Shown: positions 52,126 through 64,000 of the stretch, piece by piece
Numbering within the stretch: the first letter of the stretch is position 1
How the letters are laid out: each line of letters opens with the position of its first letter
Assembly: GCA_030264375.1 (NCBI GenBank)
Contig: JASCQW010000072.1
Coordinates: 38,673,109-38,737,108, forward strand
Length of the DNA stretch: 64,000 nt
Direction of reading: 5' to 3'
From: Carcharhinus longimanus
Lineage: Eukaryota
Notes under the pieces: generated by a model
Told to the model about the DNA's origin: nothing
Seen by the model: the letters and a program-made list of their open reading frames with translations, nothing else
The model's database searches: none
Made by a program: the position numbers and the translations under genes

Positions 52126-54727
52126 CATAACTGATGTATCCTCTAAGGCTACAAGGAGAACTGTACTGTTTTATTCTAGCCAATTAAAGGCACTGCACTG
52201 GTCATCCATTTCTGTCTCTATTTCTTGCAGTTAATCAAGTCAGTTGGAGGTCAGATGGCTTTGTGAGTGATCTCTTTTTAATATAAAGAAGAAATTTGAA
52301 AATCAGATATTGTTACACTGCATGTGTGAGGAATGCATGATTTCTACTCTGAAACAATACGAACGTGCAGAACCAGAATTCCGATTTCATTTTAATTTGC
52401 AGTTCCATGCGCTGCCTGACACTGGACTTGGCAGTGGTGATACCCTAAATGTGAACTGGTGTTAACTATGAAAACATGCAAAAATCCCAACAAACACAAA
52501 TGGACATTTGGGATTCACTTCAGAGCCCCTTCCTAATGCTCTGAATAAAAGGCCTAAAGGAAAAATCACTGTGATCACATTCATGACTGACATTCAAAAC
52601 TGCATTCTCCATCTATCACATTTTCTCAACTCTCAACTATTTAAAAATCCATCCTACATATGTGGGGGGGACTTCTATAAATGATTGTGGGAGGGGGGGA
52701 GGTATCAGTATTAAACATAGCATTCCAAAAAAAATACTTGTGGTGGGTTAGTTACACACCTGAGAAAAATTAACAAATGAAACATAATTGCAAATTTTGT
52801 TTTGCAGAACAAAGAAAAGTCTGGTTAGCCGCATTGCATTTGACCATAGATGTGAGGAATAACTAACTATTCTATAACATTGATAAAATCAAAATATGTT
52901 TATTTGAAGTATATCAGAAATAAAACACAATATTAAATATCAAATTTAATATTGTTTACATTCACCTTACTCATAAACTATATTATTGCTTGTGATTTAT
53001 TTAATGGCCCTTCCTGTAGTTTATTAAAAAATTCTGCTCTTTCTCTTATGACAGGTCATTACTTTGAATAAGCCAGATGGCATGCAGGAAATAAAATAAA
53101 AATAAATATTCCAGGTGCCCATCAATAAATAATGTCACATTCATTTTTTATTGACATGGCCACTATTTATTAGGTTGGTCCAAAAAAGGAGAAAATGTTT
53201 GGGGGAGGGTTAAAATTTGTTTCCCTTCACCACATCTGGATTTTTTGAGAGTGCAGATTTCTTGTTCACACATGTTTGCAGTGGTGTATGTAAATCACAG
53301 AGTCTGAGCTGTTTTGGGGCAGTGATTTACAGCTACATTTCCTCAGCTGGTGAACATTCCAAGTCATGGATTCCTCCTGAAGGAAGTGACTTGCAAGACC
53401 CACTGGAGCTCTGCTTCACTAATTAGCTCGTTGTCTGAGTAGGGGACCCCAAGGTCAGAAAAGAAACAAAATAAGAGCGGCTGGGATGGAGTGAGAAGTC
53501 AAGAAATGTGACTCGATTTCATTACCATGAGGGTTCACTGATAAGCAGGCAACTAAAATGATTTACTCACTCAACACTCTTTCAAAATGGAGCTAGCAAG
53601 GTTGTAGAATAGCAGGGGGCATAAGGGAGGTAATGAGGAATTCAAGCAACATGTGTTTTTTATAATGAGAAAAAGGAATGGTCAGAGAACAAGTTTGGAC
53701 TGGTGTCTGCTTTTCTTTGAGAAGCAACATTAATACTTTGTTATTTAAGCTATACAAACAATCTCTTGAGAAAAAAAAGTGGGCATCCTTGATAAGCCCG
53801 GTCTGAGCAAGATAATGCAATATAATTAGTTCAGATTTTAAATGGTTGAGTTATTTTCAGGCTTGTAGAAGTCATGAACTGTAACTGCAATCAAGGCTCT
53901 GGAATTCCCTCCCTGTTGTTTTCCTCTTTTCAGGCACTCTGGCCAAACCTTTGGTCACCTTCATATCTCCTGATGCGGTTCAGTGTCAACTTTTGTTTGA
54001 TATCTCTCCTGTGAAACACACAGGTATGTTTTATTACATTAAAGGCAAATTGTTGTTGTTAACCATTAGTGATCTGATGCAATTTCTTTACAGATTGCAG
54101 GCATAATAAATATGCAACCATGGGTCTTTCTGCAGTAAGGAACTAATCCTGAAACATTAGAAAAGTGATAGACAAAACAATCTCAAATGTCAGGAATTTC
54201 ACCCACATAAACTCATCAAACTGCACAAGTTTTGTGCAATAGTCAAAGTAATCTTTAGTTAGCACATAAGATGAAATAGGATGGGAAAGAGAAGAGGCCC
54301 ATTTAAGAGATGAGACATATGTTTTCATTTATGATCTCCGAGCAAAGTTTTCCATACACAACTTTTCTCTATTGCACAACATCTATTTATACTTAGTGAG
54401 TGCACAGCCAGTCTCTTTTAGGAAGTGGTACCTGATTTTCCAACAATGGCCAGCTGCATCACAATCAGTAGCCTTGATGTTTCAGAAGCCCACAAAACTG
54501 TAATTTAGCCAAGCATAAAATGAATAAAGGGTACAAATAAATGTTCAAAGTTGGTGAGAAATATGGGGGCATGATTCAATTACTTATATTTTTGGATGTG
54601 GGGTTGAAATTACCCTGTGCATACTCCTATTGAAGCAGGCAGGAGACAAACTTAATGCTGCCTCTTCATTGCAATGATTCCAGCATGCAGCCCAGTGTCA
54701 AACCTGTTTCTGACTTACATAACGCTC

Positions 54728-54780
54728 GTCAGACTTCTTACTGTGTTTACCCCAGTCCAACGCCAGCATCTCCACATCAT
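54728..54780. mobile_element. 53-bp Penelope terminal fragment with 12-bp target-site duplication
   Basis: tacataacgctc [gtcagacttcttactgtgtttaccccagtccaacgccagcatctccacatcat] tacataacgctc. Confidence 0.8.
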
Positions 54781-56684
54781 TACATAACGCTCAACAGGGA
54801 GCCCAGCAGCCTGTGCAGGCACATGCTTCGTTATGCTGCAGCTTTTAAAGGCAGTCTGTCCTTTTTAAATGGAATTTGCACTCATAAAAAGCTGCAGCTG
54901 ATGCAAATGGCAGAGTTGGCTACTGTATGGTTCATTGGCTGCCTGTGTCAGCTGCAAGTCCAAATCGCTAAAACTTGCTAGCACAGCTGAAATCTAATCT
55001 GTACCTCCTAAAGGGAGGGTTGTGACGGTTGGGAGGCAGAAATAATTGGTAATATTGTACTGTTAATAATCAACAGCGGTTGAGAATGGCAGAGTGCACA
55101 CAACAAGTTCCAATGGTGCACAGCTGGTCTTGATGGAGAGGTGGAGAGATGTTCTATATCCACGGAGGCTGGGGTGGGAGTGGGTGTGGGTGAGGAAGTT
55201 GGGCTAGGATGTCCTCCAGATAATGAGAAGGCAGTGGAAACAAAAAAACAAATAGCTGTGGATGCCAAATTTAGCCCAGAGGACCTTCCTGGCTGCAGTA
55301 TCAGGAAAAAAAGTTCAATAGTCTCAAGGGTGATCTCATACCCCACTTCCTCCTCATGCCACAATTAAAAACTGCAGATAATGTGTGCATTACTTTCCTC
55401 TGTCCCCTCATCACATCCTCATCCTTGTCTATTTTTCCTTTCAGGAAGATGTACTAGTTCATCCATGTCTAGGAGTAACTGATCAGTCTTTAACTGAGCA
55501 AGTAATACTTCAGCACCCCCCACCACACCATTCTGTAGACTTCTGAAGTTTGAAACAATCATGCAAAACACAATGAAATATGTAGATTTATGACAACAGT
55601 CAGAAGAAATAAATGAGCAACTAAACTGTAAGTAGTTGATGATCCCTTTAAATAACACTGTTCAATGTCATGTTCAGTTGTGCAACATTAAGAAAGAATA
55701 CTGGCTGAAGCATGTGGCTCCAAAATGGCACCACTGGGATCAAATCTGTGTTGCATACTGATTGACATCATGATTGGACTGCAACAAATTCTTATAGCAG
55801 AAGTTAAGTCCACATTTGAACCCCCTTATCAAGATGGCATGTGGTATGCCTTTTGTCAGAAGTGCTTGTGTACTGTGGACACAATTCTGTGATCATGGGG
55901 GGATTTATGACCAAAAGAATGGACATGAGCAAGTTTCATTTGCCCCCAGTAACTTAAGGCTCATCTGTGAGATCAAAACAGTGGATATTGCGTGAACCTG
56001 CATAGCACCCTTTTAGGAAAAGAATTGGAGAGATTTTCATAACCTGGTGACTGACTTCTACTCTTTAGAGAAGTTTGGCTTCAAGATCGTATTTTCTTGG
56101 CACAGAACCAATTCAGAATATATTCTGTTTTGTTCTTACAGTCAGTACAAATTTCAGTCAAAGCCAAAATTGGCTTCAAATTGTCCTCCTTAGTAAAGCT
56201 GATAGGCAAAGAGGGAGACAGAAATAGTTTCAGTCCCAAACTGCAGAAAGGTTAGTGATTTAATATTCGTTGCTACCCAATTTCTAGCCAATGGATTCAT
56301 TTTTATTTATTCCTCATGTTTTGAATCATTATTTCTGAATCAAAGAGTCAGATGAAGGTTTGGATATAGCCAAGATTGCAGCAATAGTGAAAATAAATAA
56401 GTTATGATGGGTCAACCACACTATGGTTGAAGCCAAACCTCTCTTTACTATCAAAAGGCATGAAATCAGCCACTGCCCTCAATAGTTTCCAACATGGTGT
56501 CAGACACTATATATTCTATCATAACTTTCAAACTAAAAATGCTATGAAAGAATTTCAAAAATTCAACACACATTACACTTGTTTAAAAACTACACAAAAT
56601 GTCTGTGTTGTAAACTAGATGACCCCTGTGCAAAGTCAATCATTTCAACCTTACACATTTGTTTACATCTACCTATTGAAGAAA

Positions 56685-57030
56685 TTAGGAAAGATCTGCA
56701 TACATACTGCACAATTCACAACGTCAGAACATTCCCAAACCACTTTACAGCCTACCAAACACTTTTGAAGTGTAGTCACAGTTTTAATATAGAAAACATG
56801 ACAGTCAATTTATACACAACAAGCTTCCATAAACAGCAATGGTAATGACCAGATAACCAGTGTTGTGATGTTGATTGAGGGATAAATAATCATCAAGAAA
56901 CTAAGGCTAATCCCTCAGCTCTTTTTTGAAAGTGTGCCTTGGGATCTTACATGTCGACCTTAGGGGATAGAAGTACCTCAGTTTAACGTCTCATCTAAAA
57001 GACAAGACAGCCCTTTTGACAATGCAGAGA
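56685..57030 (-). mobile_element. DeuSINE (SacSINE1-like)
   Basis: cactttacagcc...ttttgaagtgtagtcac...gatgttgattgagggataaata...cctcagtttaacgtctcatc; the first three segments are the reverse complement of the 7262-7480 type. Confidence 0.75.
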
Positions 57031-57254
57031 CGTGTGTTAATTTCTTGTCTTTGCTCGACCTTCCTTTAAGCAAATGATGATTGGAGTCTCAAGATTTGGC
57101 TAGATGCAATTAATTACATCGAAAATCAGATTTATTTCCATTCCTACTACTCCTTCATGCCAAGAAGGGAGAGGGCTATAAAGATTATAAATGGTGAGAA
57201 TGATTGGCTCTGAATTGAAGGATGGTTTGCCTGCAATAATACAACTTTATAGTA

Positions 57255-60200
57255 CATAGAACACCACAGCACAAACAGGCCCTTCGGCCCACAAGTTGCG
57301 TCGATCACATNNNNNNNNNNNNNNNNNNNNNNNNNNNNNNNNNNNNNNNNNNNNNNNNNNNNNNNNNNNNNNNNNNNNNNNNNNNNNNNNNNNNNNNNNN
57401 NNNNNNNNNNCTCCTCCCCATCCAAACCCCTTACCCTAGGGATATTCCAGTCGATGTTTGGGAAATTAAAGTCTCCCATCACGACAAGTCTGTTATTACT
57501 ACATCTCTCTAGGATTTGTTTCCCACCCTTTATTACCTATCAATACCCTTTCCCATCCTATAGATGTAACATACTTGAATTTCCAAACAGCGTTTTATAA
57601 AGATACTGCAGAAAAAGATATTTAAGCACTCCTTTCCCACCTATCCATACCCTTGATAGGTTCAACCCAAAAATGAAATTTGTTTAACTTCCAAAGCAAC
57701 GAAAAGAATTGGAGACATGGCTGTCTGCAATGTGGCTGAATTTAAAAAAAAATTATTTCAAAAGATTGCAGGAGTATTCTATCTATCACCCTGACAACCA
57801 AACCCCCACCCCCAAACACACCCCCTTCTTCACCCACCCCGACTTCTTTAAGAATCATAGAATGGTTAAGTATAAAAAGAGGCAGTCTGATCCAGCAAGG
57901 TTATTACAGTCTTTCACTGGAGCTATTAAATAAGACCATAAAATGTAGGAGCACAAGTAGCTCATTCAGCCCATTGAATCTGCTCCGTCATTCAATGAGA
58001 TTATGACAGATCTGATACAACAATCTTCAACTTCACTCTTCTGGCTTATTCCCATAACCCTTGATTCCCTGACCGATTAAAAATCTATCTCAGCCTTGAA
58101 CACAACATACTTAACAACTCAGTCTCTGCAGTAAAGAACTCCACAATTCATTAAACTCAGCGAAAAAATCCTCCTCACCTCTACCTTAAATGGGCAATCC
58201 CTCATTCTGAGATTATGCCCTCTGGTCCTCGACTTCCCCACAAGAGGAAGGAGCCTCTAAACATCTACCCTGTCAAACTCCAAGAATCCTACATGTCTCA
58301 ATGAGGTTGCTTCTCATTCTTCTCAGCTTAATGAGTTCAGGCCCAAACAACTCAACCTCTTCTCATAAGAAAACCCTTCCATACCCAGCTCCAACCTATT
58401 GCCCCCAATGCCAGTATATCTTTCCTTAGATAAAGGGATCAAAGCTATTTACAGTATTCCAGGTGAGGTCTAACTAGTGCCTCGTATAGTTTGAGCAAGA
58501 CTTCCCTATTTTAATATTCCATTCCCTTTGAAATAAAGGCCAACTTCCATTCGTCTTCCCAATACTTGCTTAGCTTGCATGCTAGCCTTTTGTGATTTAT
58601 GCACAAGGACCCCCAAATCCTTCTGTGTTGCAGCCGTCTGCATTCAGCTCCTTTATTCTTCCTACCAAAGTGCATTTTCCTTTATTATGTTTCATTTGCT
58701 AAGTTTCTGCCCAGCCAATTAAAATATCTATATATCTCTGTAGATTCTGTGTGTCACTCTCACCACTTGCCTTCCCACCTATTTCTGTGTCACCCGCAAA
58801 CTTGGCAAAAGTACATTCACTTCCCTCATCTACGTATTTAATATATATTGCAAATAATTGTGGCCCCAGCACTGGTCCCTGTTCTGCTATACTAATTACA
58901 GTTTGCCATCCTGAAAATGCTCCTCTTATTCCAACTTTCTGTCTTCTATTAGTTAGTCAATCCTCAATCCATGTTAATATTCTACCCCCAATACCATGAG
59001 TGCTCAAATATCTTTTTCTGCAGTACCTTATTGAACGCTCTTTGGAAATTCAAGTATGTTACATCTATTGGTCCCTCTTTATCTATCCTGCTTGGCACCT
59101 CAAAGAATTCTAATATATATATTAAGCATGATTTCCCCTTCACAAAGCCATACTGACTCTACCTGATTATGGTATGTATTTCTAAATGCTCTCTATTACA
59201 TCCTTTATAATGAACTCTAACAAAGACATGTTAAGCTAGCTGGCCTATAGTTATCCCTCTATTTTTGGGTGAAGGTGTTAAACTGACAGTTTTCCAATCC
59301 TCTCAGACTTTTCTAGAATTTAAGGATTCTAGGAAGTGCCAGTGTTTGGATTATCTCTGCAGCTACTTCCTTTAATATTCTAGGATGAAACCCATCAGGT
59401 CCAGGGGACTTATTAGTCATAATTGTAGAATAGCTACAGTGCATAAGAGGCCATTTGGCCCATCGTGACTGCACCAACTCTCTGGCAGAGTATTTTATCC
59501 AGAACCTCTTTCTTCCCTGCCGTTTCCCTGTAACCCCACACATTTCCAATAGCTAATCCATCTAACTACCCTTGTTATGACAATTCAGCATGCTAACTAC
59601 TGTGCCAACATGCTGCCACATTAGTTTCCTAGTCTGTTTTTCTCCAGTGATAGTTGAATTTATTTCCTCCCNNNNNNNNNNACTTTTACCCATTGATTAT
59701 TTAATATTTTTCAATGTTATTAGGATGCCTATTTGGAGAGTCAATGAAGACTCAATGGACTGAATAGCCTCCTTTTGTACTGTAGGGATGCTATGGTTAT
59801 TAATGTCTGCCATCGTCAAGACTGATACAAAGTATTTATTTAACTCCTCTGCCATTTGCTGGTTCCCCAATATTATGACCCCAATCTCATTCTTTAAGGG
59901 GCCTATATTCAATTTGGCTTCTCTCTTCCTTTTTATATATTTAAAGAAGCTCTTACCAGGGAGGGTGCGAGGGAAGGTGACATTACGGGGTCTAAAGTTA
60001 AGGAGAGGGTACAGGTAAGGGAAGAGGCCGAGGATGTCCCANNNNNNNNNNNNNNNNNNNNNNNNNNNNNNNNNNNNNNNNNNNNNNNNNNNNNNNNNNN
60101 NNNNNNNNNNNNNNNNNNNNNNNNNNNNNNNNNNNNNNNNNTGATCTTATTGAATGGCGGGGCAGGCTCGAAGGGCTAGATGGCCTACTCCTGCTCCTAT

Positions 60201-60510
60201 TTCTTATGTTCTTATCCCTTTTATAATACTTGCTCACTTGCCGAAATACCTTGTCTTGTTCCTCTTTATTTAGTTCATCTTAAAAATGTCCCCTTCTTCT
60301 GGCTTAGCACCAATCTTTGTCACATAGTATGTTTTTTCTTTCAGTTTAATACTAACCTTAACTTCCTTGCTTAACCATGATTGACTTCTCCCCTTCCAAG
60401 AATCCTTCTTCCTCATTGGGATATATCTTTGTTGTGAGTCATGAACTCTTTGCATAAATGTCTCCTATTATTGATCAACCCTTTTCTCTGCTAATCTATT
60501 CCAGTCCATT
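57255..60510 (-). mobile_element. Cluster of CR1 LINE fragments, including a long copy at 57930-60510 with nested CR1 tails
   Basis: MGDFNFPNIDW; KSPGPDGFHPRILKEVAAEI; NIGPLKNEIG..MAEELNKYFVSVLT; 3' tail at 57930. A young + strand CR1 piece lies at ~59957-60215. Confidence 0.85.
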
Positions 60511-60519
60511 CCAACAAAT

Positions 60520-63500
60520 TTTTTAAAATTATTTTCCTGAGATGTGGGCGTTATTGGCTAGATCAACATTTATTGCCCATCCCTAGTTTCCCTTGAGAAG
60601 GTGGTGGTGAGTTGCCTAACTGCTGCAGTCCCTGAGGACTGGTGGTGTTCGGAAGGGAATTCCAGGATTTTGACTCAGTGACAGTGAAGGAAAGGCGATA
60701 TATTTCCAAGTCAGGATGGTGAGCTTGGAGGGAACCTCCAAGTGGTGCTCCTAGCTTTCTACTGTTCTTATCCTTCTAGATGGTAGTGGTTGTGGGTTTG
60801 GAAGGTGCTGTCTAAGGAACTTTGGTGAGTTCCTGCAGTGCATCTTGTAGATAGTACACACATTTACTACTGTCCATCAGTGGTAGGGAGATTGCTATCC
60901 CTCCCACAAATAAACAATCAAGCTGGCTGCTTTGTCCTGGATGGTGTCAAGCTTCTTCAGTGTTGTTGGAAGCTGCACTTACCCAGGCAAGTGGAGAGTA
61001 TTCCATTATAATTTCACAATAACTTCATTGCAGTGTTAATGTAAGCCTTATTTGTGACTAATAAATAAACTACTTTATACTTTGTGCCTTGTAGATGGTT
61101 GACAGGCTTTGGAGAGGCAAGAGGTGAGTTACTCACCACAGGTTACTTAGCCTTTGACCTGCTCTGTTAGCCACAGTATTTATATGGCTCATCCAGTTCA
61201 GTTTCTGGTCAATAGTAATCTCCACTACTAACACAGTGGGGGATTCAGCAATGGTAATGCCATTTAATGTTAAGAGACATGGTTACACCCTCTCTTGTTA
61301 GTCATTGCCTGGCACTTTTAAGGCACGTATGTTACTTGCCACTTGTCAGCCTAAGCCTGGATATTGTTCAGCTCTTGTTACATCTGGACATAGGCTACTT
61401 TAGTATCTGAAGAGTTGCAAATGACACTGAACATTATGCAATCATGTGTGAACATTGCTACTTCTGACGTTATGATGGAAAGAGGGTTATTGACGAAGCA
61501 ATGGAAGACGTTTGGGCCTAGTACACTGCCCCGAGGAGCCCCTGCAGTGATGACTGAGATGATTGACCTCCAATCACCACAGCCATCTTTCCTGTGCCAG
61601 ATATGACTGCACCTGGTGATTTTCTCTATTTTTACTGACTCTAGTTTTGCTAGGGATCCTTGTTGCCACAGTCAGCCAAATTCTGCCTTCATGTCAAGAG
61701 GAGTCACCCCCCCCCTCACCCCTGGCATTCAGCTCTTTTGTCCATGTTTGAAACAAAACTGTAATGCGGTCAAGAGCTGAGTTACCCAGGTGGAACCCAA
61801 GCTGAGCTTCTGTGAGCAAGTTATCGCTGAATAAGTGCCACTTTATAATGCTGTTGATAGCCCCTCGCATCACTTTACTGACAATCTAGATTACACTGAT
61901 GGTGCAGTAATTGGTTGGGTTGGATTTATTCCATTGCTTATGTACAGGACATGCTGGGCAATTTTCCGCATTGCTGGGTAGATGCCACTTTTGTAGCTGT
62001 ACTGGAACAGTTTGGCTAGGGGTGCAACAAGTTCTGGAGCACAAGTCTCCAGTACTATTGCTGGAATATTGTCAGGGCCCATAGCCTTTGCAGCATCCAG
62101 TGCCTTCAGCCATTTCTTGAAATGCAATGAATTGAATTGGCTGGAGACTGATATCTATGATGCTGAGACTCTGATGGAGGCTGAGATAGATCATCCACTT
62201 CTGGCTGAAGATTGTTGCAAGTACTTCAGCGTTATCTTTTGCACTGATGTGCTTGAGCTCTTCTATCATGGAAGATGGGGATACTTATAGAGCTTCCTCC
62301 TTAGTAAGTTGTTTAATTATCCACCAGCATTCACAGCTGGATATGGCAGGATTGCAGAGCTTAGATCCGATCTGTTGGTTGTGGGATTGCTAAGCTCTGT
62401 CTAAGATTTGCTGCGTATGCTGTTTGGCATACAAAAAGTAGTTCTGTTTTGCAGCTTCACCAAGTTGACACCTCATTTTTAGGTAAGTCTGGTGTTGCTT
62501 CTGGCATGCCCTTGGTGGAAATGTAGAGTGGGAGATATGCCAGGTCACAAGGTTACAGATTGTGGTCGAATACAATTCTGTTGCTGCTAATGGCCCACAA
62601 TACCTCATGGGTGCCCAGTTTTGAGCTGCTAGATCTATTTGATGTCTATTCCATTCAGCATGGTGGTAGAACTACACAACACAATGGAGGATAGCCACAA
62701 TGTTAAAATGGATCTTTGTCTTCACAAAGACTGTGCAGTGGTCACTCATATCACTACTGTCATGGATAGATGCATCTGCGGCAGCGAGGTTGGTGAGGAT
62801 GAGGTCAAGTGTGTTTTTACCTCTTGTTGGTTCCCTCACCACCTGCCGTAGTGCGGGTTTAGCAGCTATATCCTTTAGGACCCAATTAGCTCGGTCTGTG
62901 GTGGTACTAGTGAGCAAATCTTGGTGATAGACGTTGAAGTCCCCAACGAGAATATTTTCACAGTCTTTGCCACCCTCTGCGCTTCCTCCAAGTGGTGTAC
63001 AACATGGAGAAGGATGGATTCATTAGCTAAGGGGGGACAGTACATGTACTCAGTAAATGATTTCTTTGCCCATGTTTGACCTGGTGCCATGAGATTTCAT
63101 GGGGTTCAGATTCAATGTTCAGGCCTCCCAGGGCAACTCCCTCTAAAATGTCTACCACTGTGCCACCACCTCTGATGGGTTTGTCCTGCCAGTGACACAG
63201 GATATATCTGGGACATTATTTGTAAGGTATAATTCTGTGAATATGACTTTATCGGGCTGTTGCTTGAGTAGTTTGAGAGACAGTTCTTCCAATTCTGGCA
63301 CAAGCCCTGAGATGTAAGCAAGGAGGACTTTTCAGGGGCGACACAGTTGGGTTTGCTGTTGCTCTTCCCGGGTCAATTCTGAGTGGTTCATGCACAGTAT
63401 TTTTACAGGTATTACAGTGATTGGCTTGCATGGCCATTTCAGAGAGCACTTAAGTCAACCACATTGCTGTGGGTCTGGAGTTACATGTAGGTCAGGCCAG

Positions 63501-63720
63501 GAAAGGACAGCAGGTTTCCTTCCCTAAAGGACATTGAGTAACTAGATGGATTTTTACGATAATCGACAATGGCTTCATGGTCAACGTTAGACTTTTAATT
63601 CCCGATATTTTATTGAGTTTTTAAATTCCACCATCTGCCATGGTGGGATTCAAACCTGGGTTACTTAGCATTACCCTGGGTCTCTGGATTACTAGTCAAG
63701 CAACAATACCATCTCCCCCA
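60520..63720 (-). mobile_element. Near full-length (~3.2 kb) CR1/L2-group LINE with a single APE-RT ORF (degraded) and tRNA-like 5' end
   Basis: KAMGPDNIPAIVLETCAPELVAPLAKLFQYSY; QVVREPTRGKNTLDLILTNL..SDH; 5' head with ggtttgaatccc B box; 3' tail cccacatctcaggaaaataa. Confidence 0.9.
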
Positions 63721-64000
63721 ATTATTTGCACTTCACTGATCCTTGCCCATAGTCCCTTCAAGTATTAACTCAATTCTCTTTTGAATGTTATTGTTGAATT
63801 TGCTTCGACCACCCTTGAAGGCAGTGTTTTCAGATCATGACAACTTGACATGTTCTGCAAAGTGATCAGCCACTGATTTTCCGGTTGCTTGTCATTTTAA
63901 TTCACTGCTTCATTGCCACAATAGCCCCCCTACTCTGTTCCAATGTAGTATAATGGAAGCTTCAGGAAGCTTAATCTTATGATTAGGCACTTTACAACCT

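Noticed and set aside
33900-64000. Search for the upstream ERC1 exon (..EKDANIALLEL..DRLVQQLKQQ)
   Set aside because: No match found; the coiled-coil-looking ORF at 55419-55658 does not align.

Overview
Vertebrate genomic DNA, most likely a shark (inferred from an HE1/V-SINE, DeuSINE-type SINEs and abundant CR1, Penelope, Rex1, RTE and Harbinger relics). The whole window lies inside the 3' part of the presynaptic active-zone gene ERC1 (ELKS/RAB6IP2) on the minus strand. Two ERC1 exons are recognisable: a 102-nt coding exon (33753-33854, TQNRMKLMADNYEEDHLKSSAHSEQTNHKLSPEQ) and the short neuronal-isoform exon encoding the PDZ ligand DDEEGIWA* (21011-21076). The rest is intron, dense in degraded and nested transposons. 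It also holds an antisense RPL37 processed retrocopy, a ~365-bp local duplication, a 29-bp minisatellite and eight assembly gaps. The most unusual observation is a single-ORF LINE family whose 5' end is tRNA-like, together with a SINE that appears to be its internal-deletion derivative. Most ORF-track entries are repeat-derived or spurious. Repeat boundaries are approximate and family names come from recognition, not from a database search.
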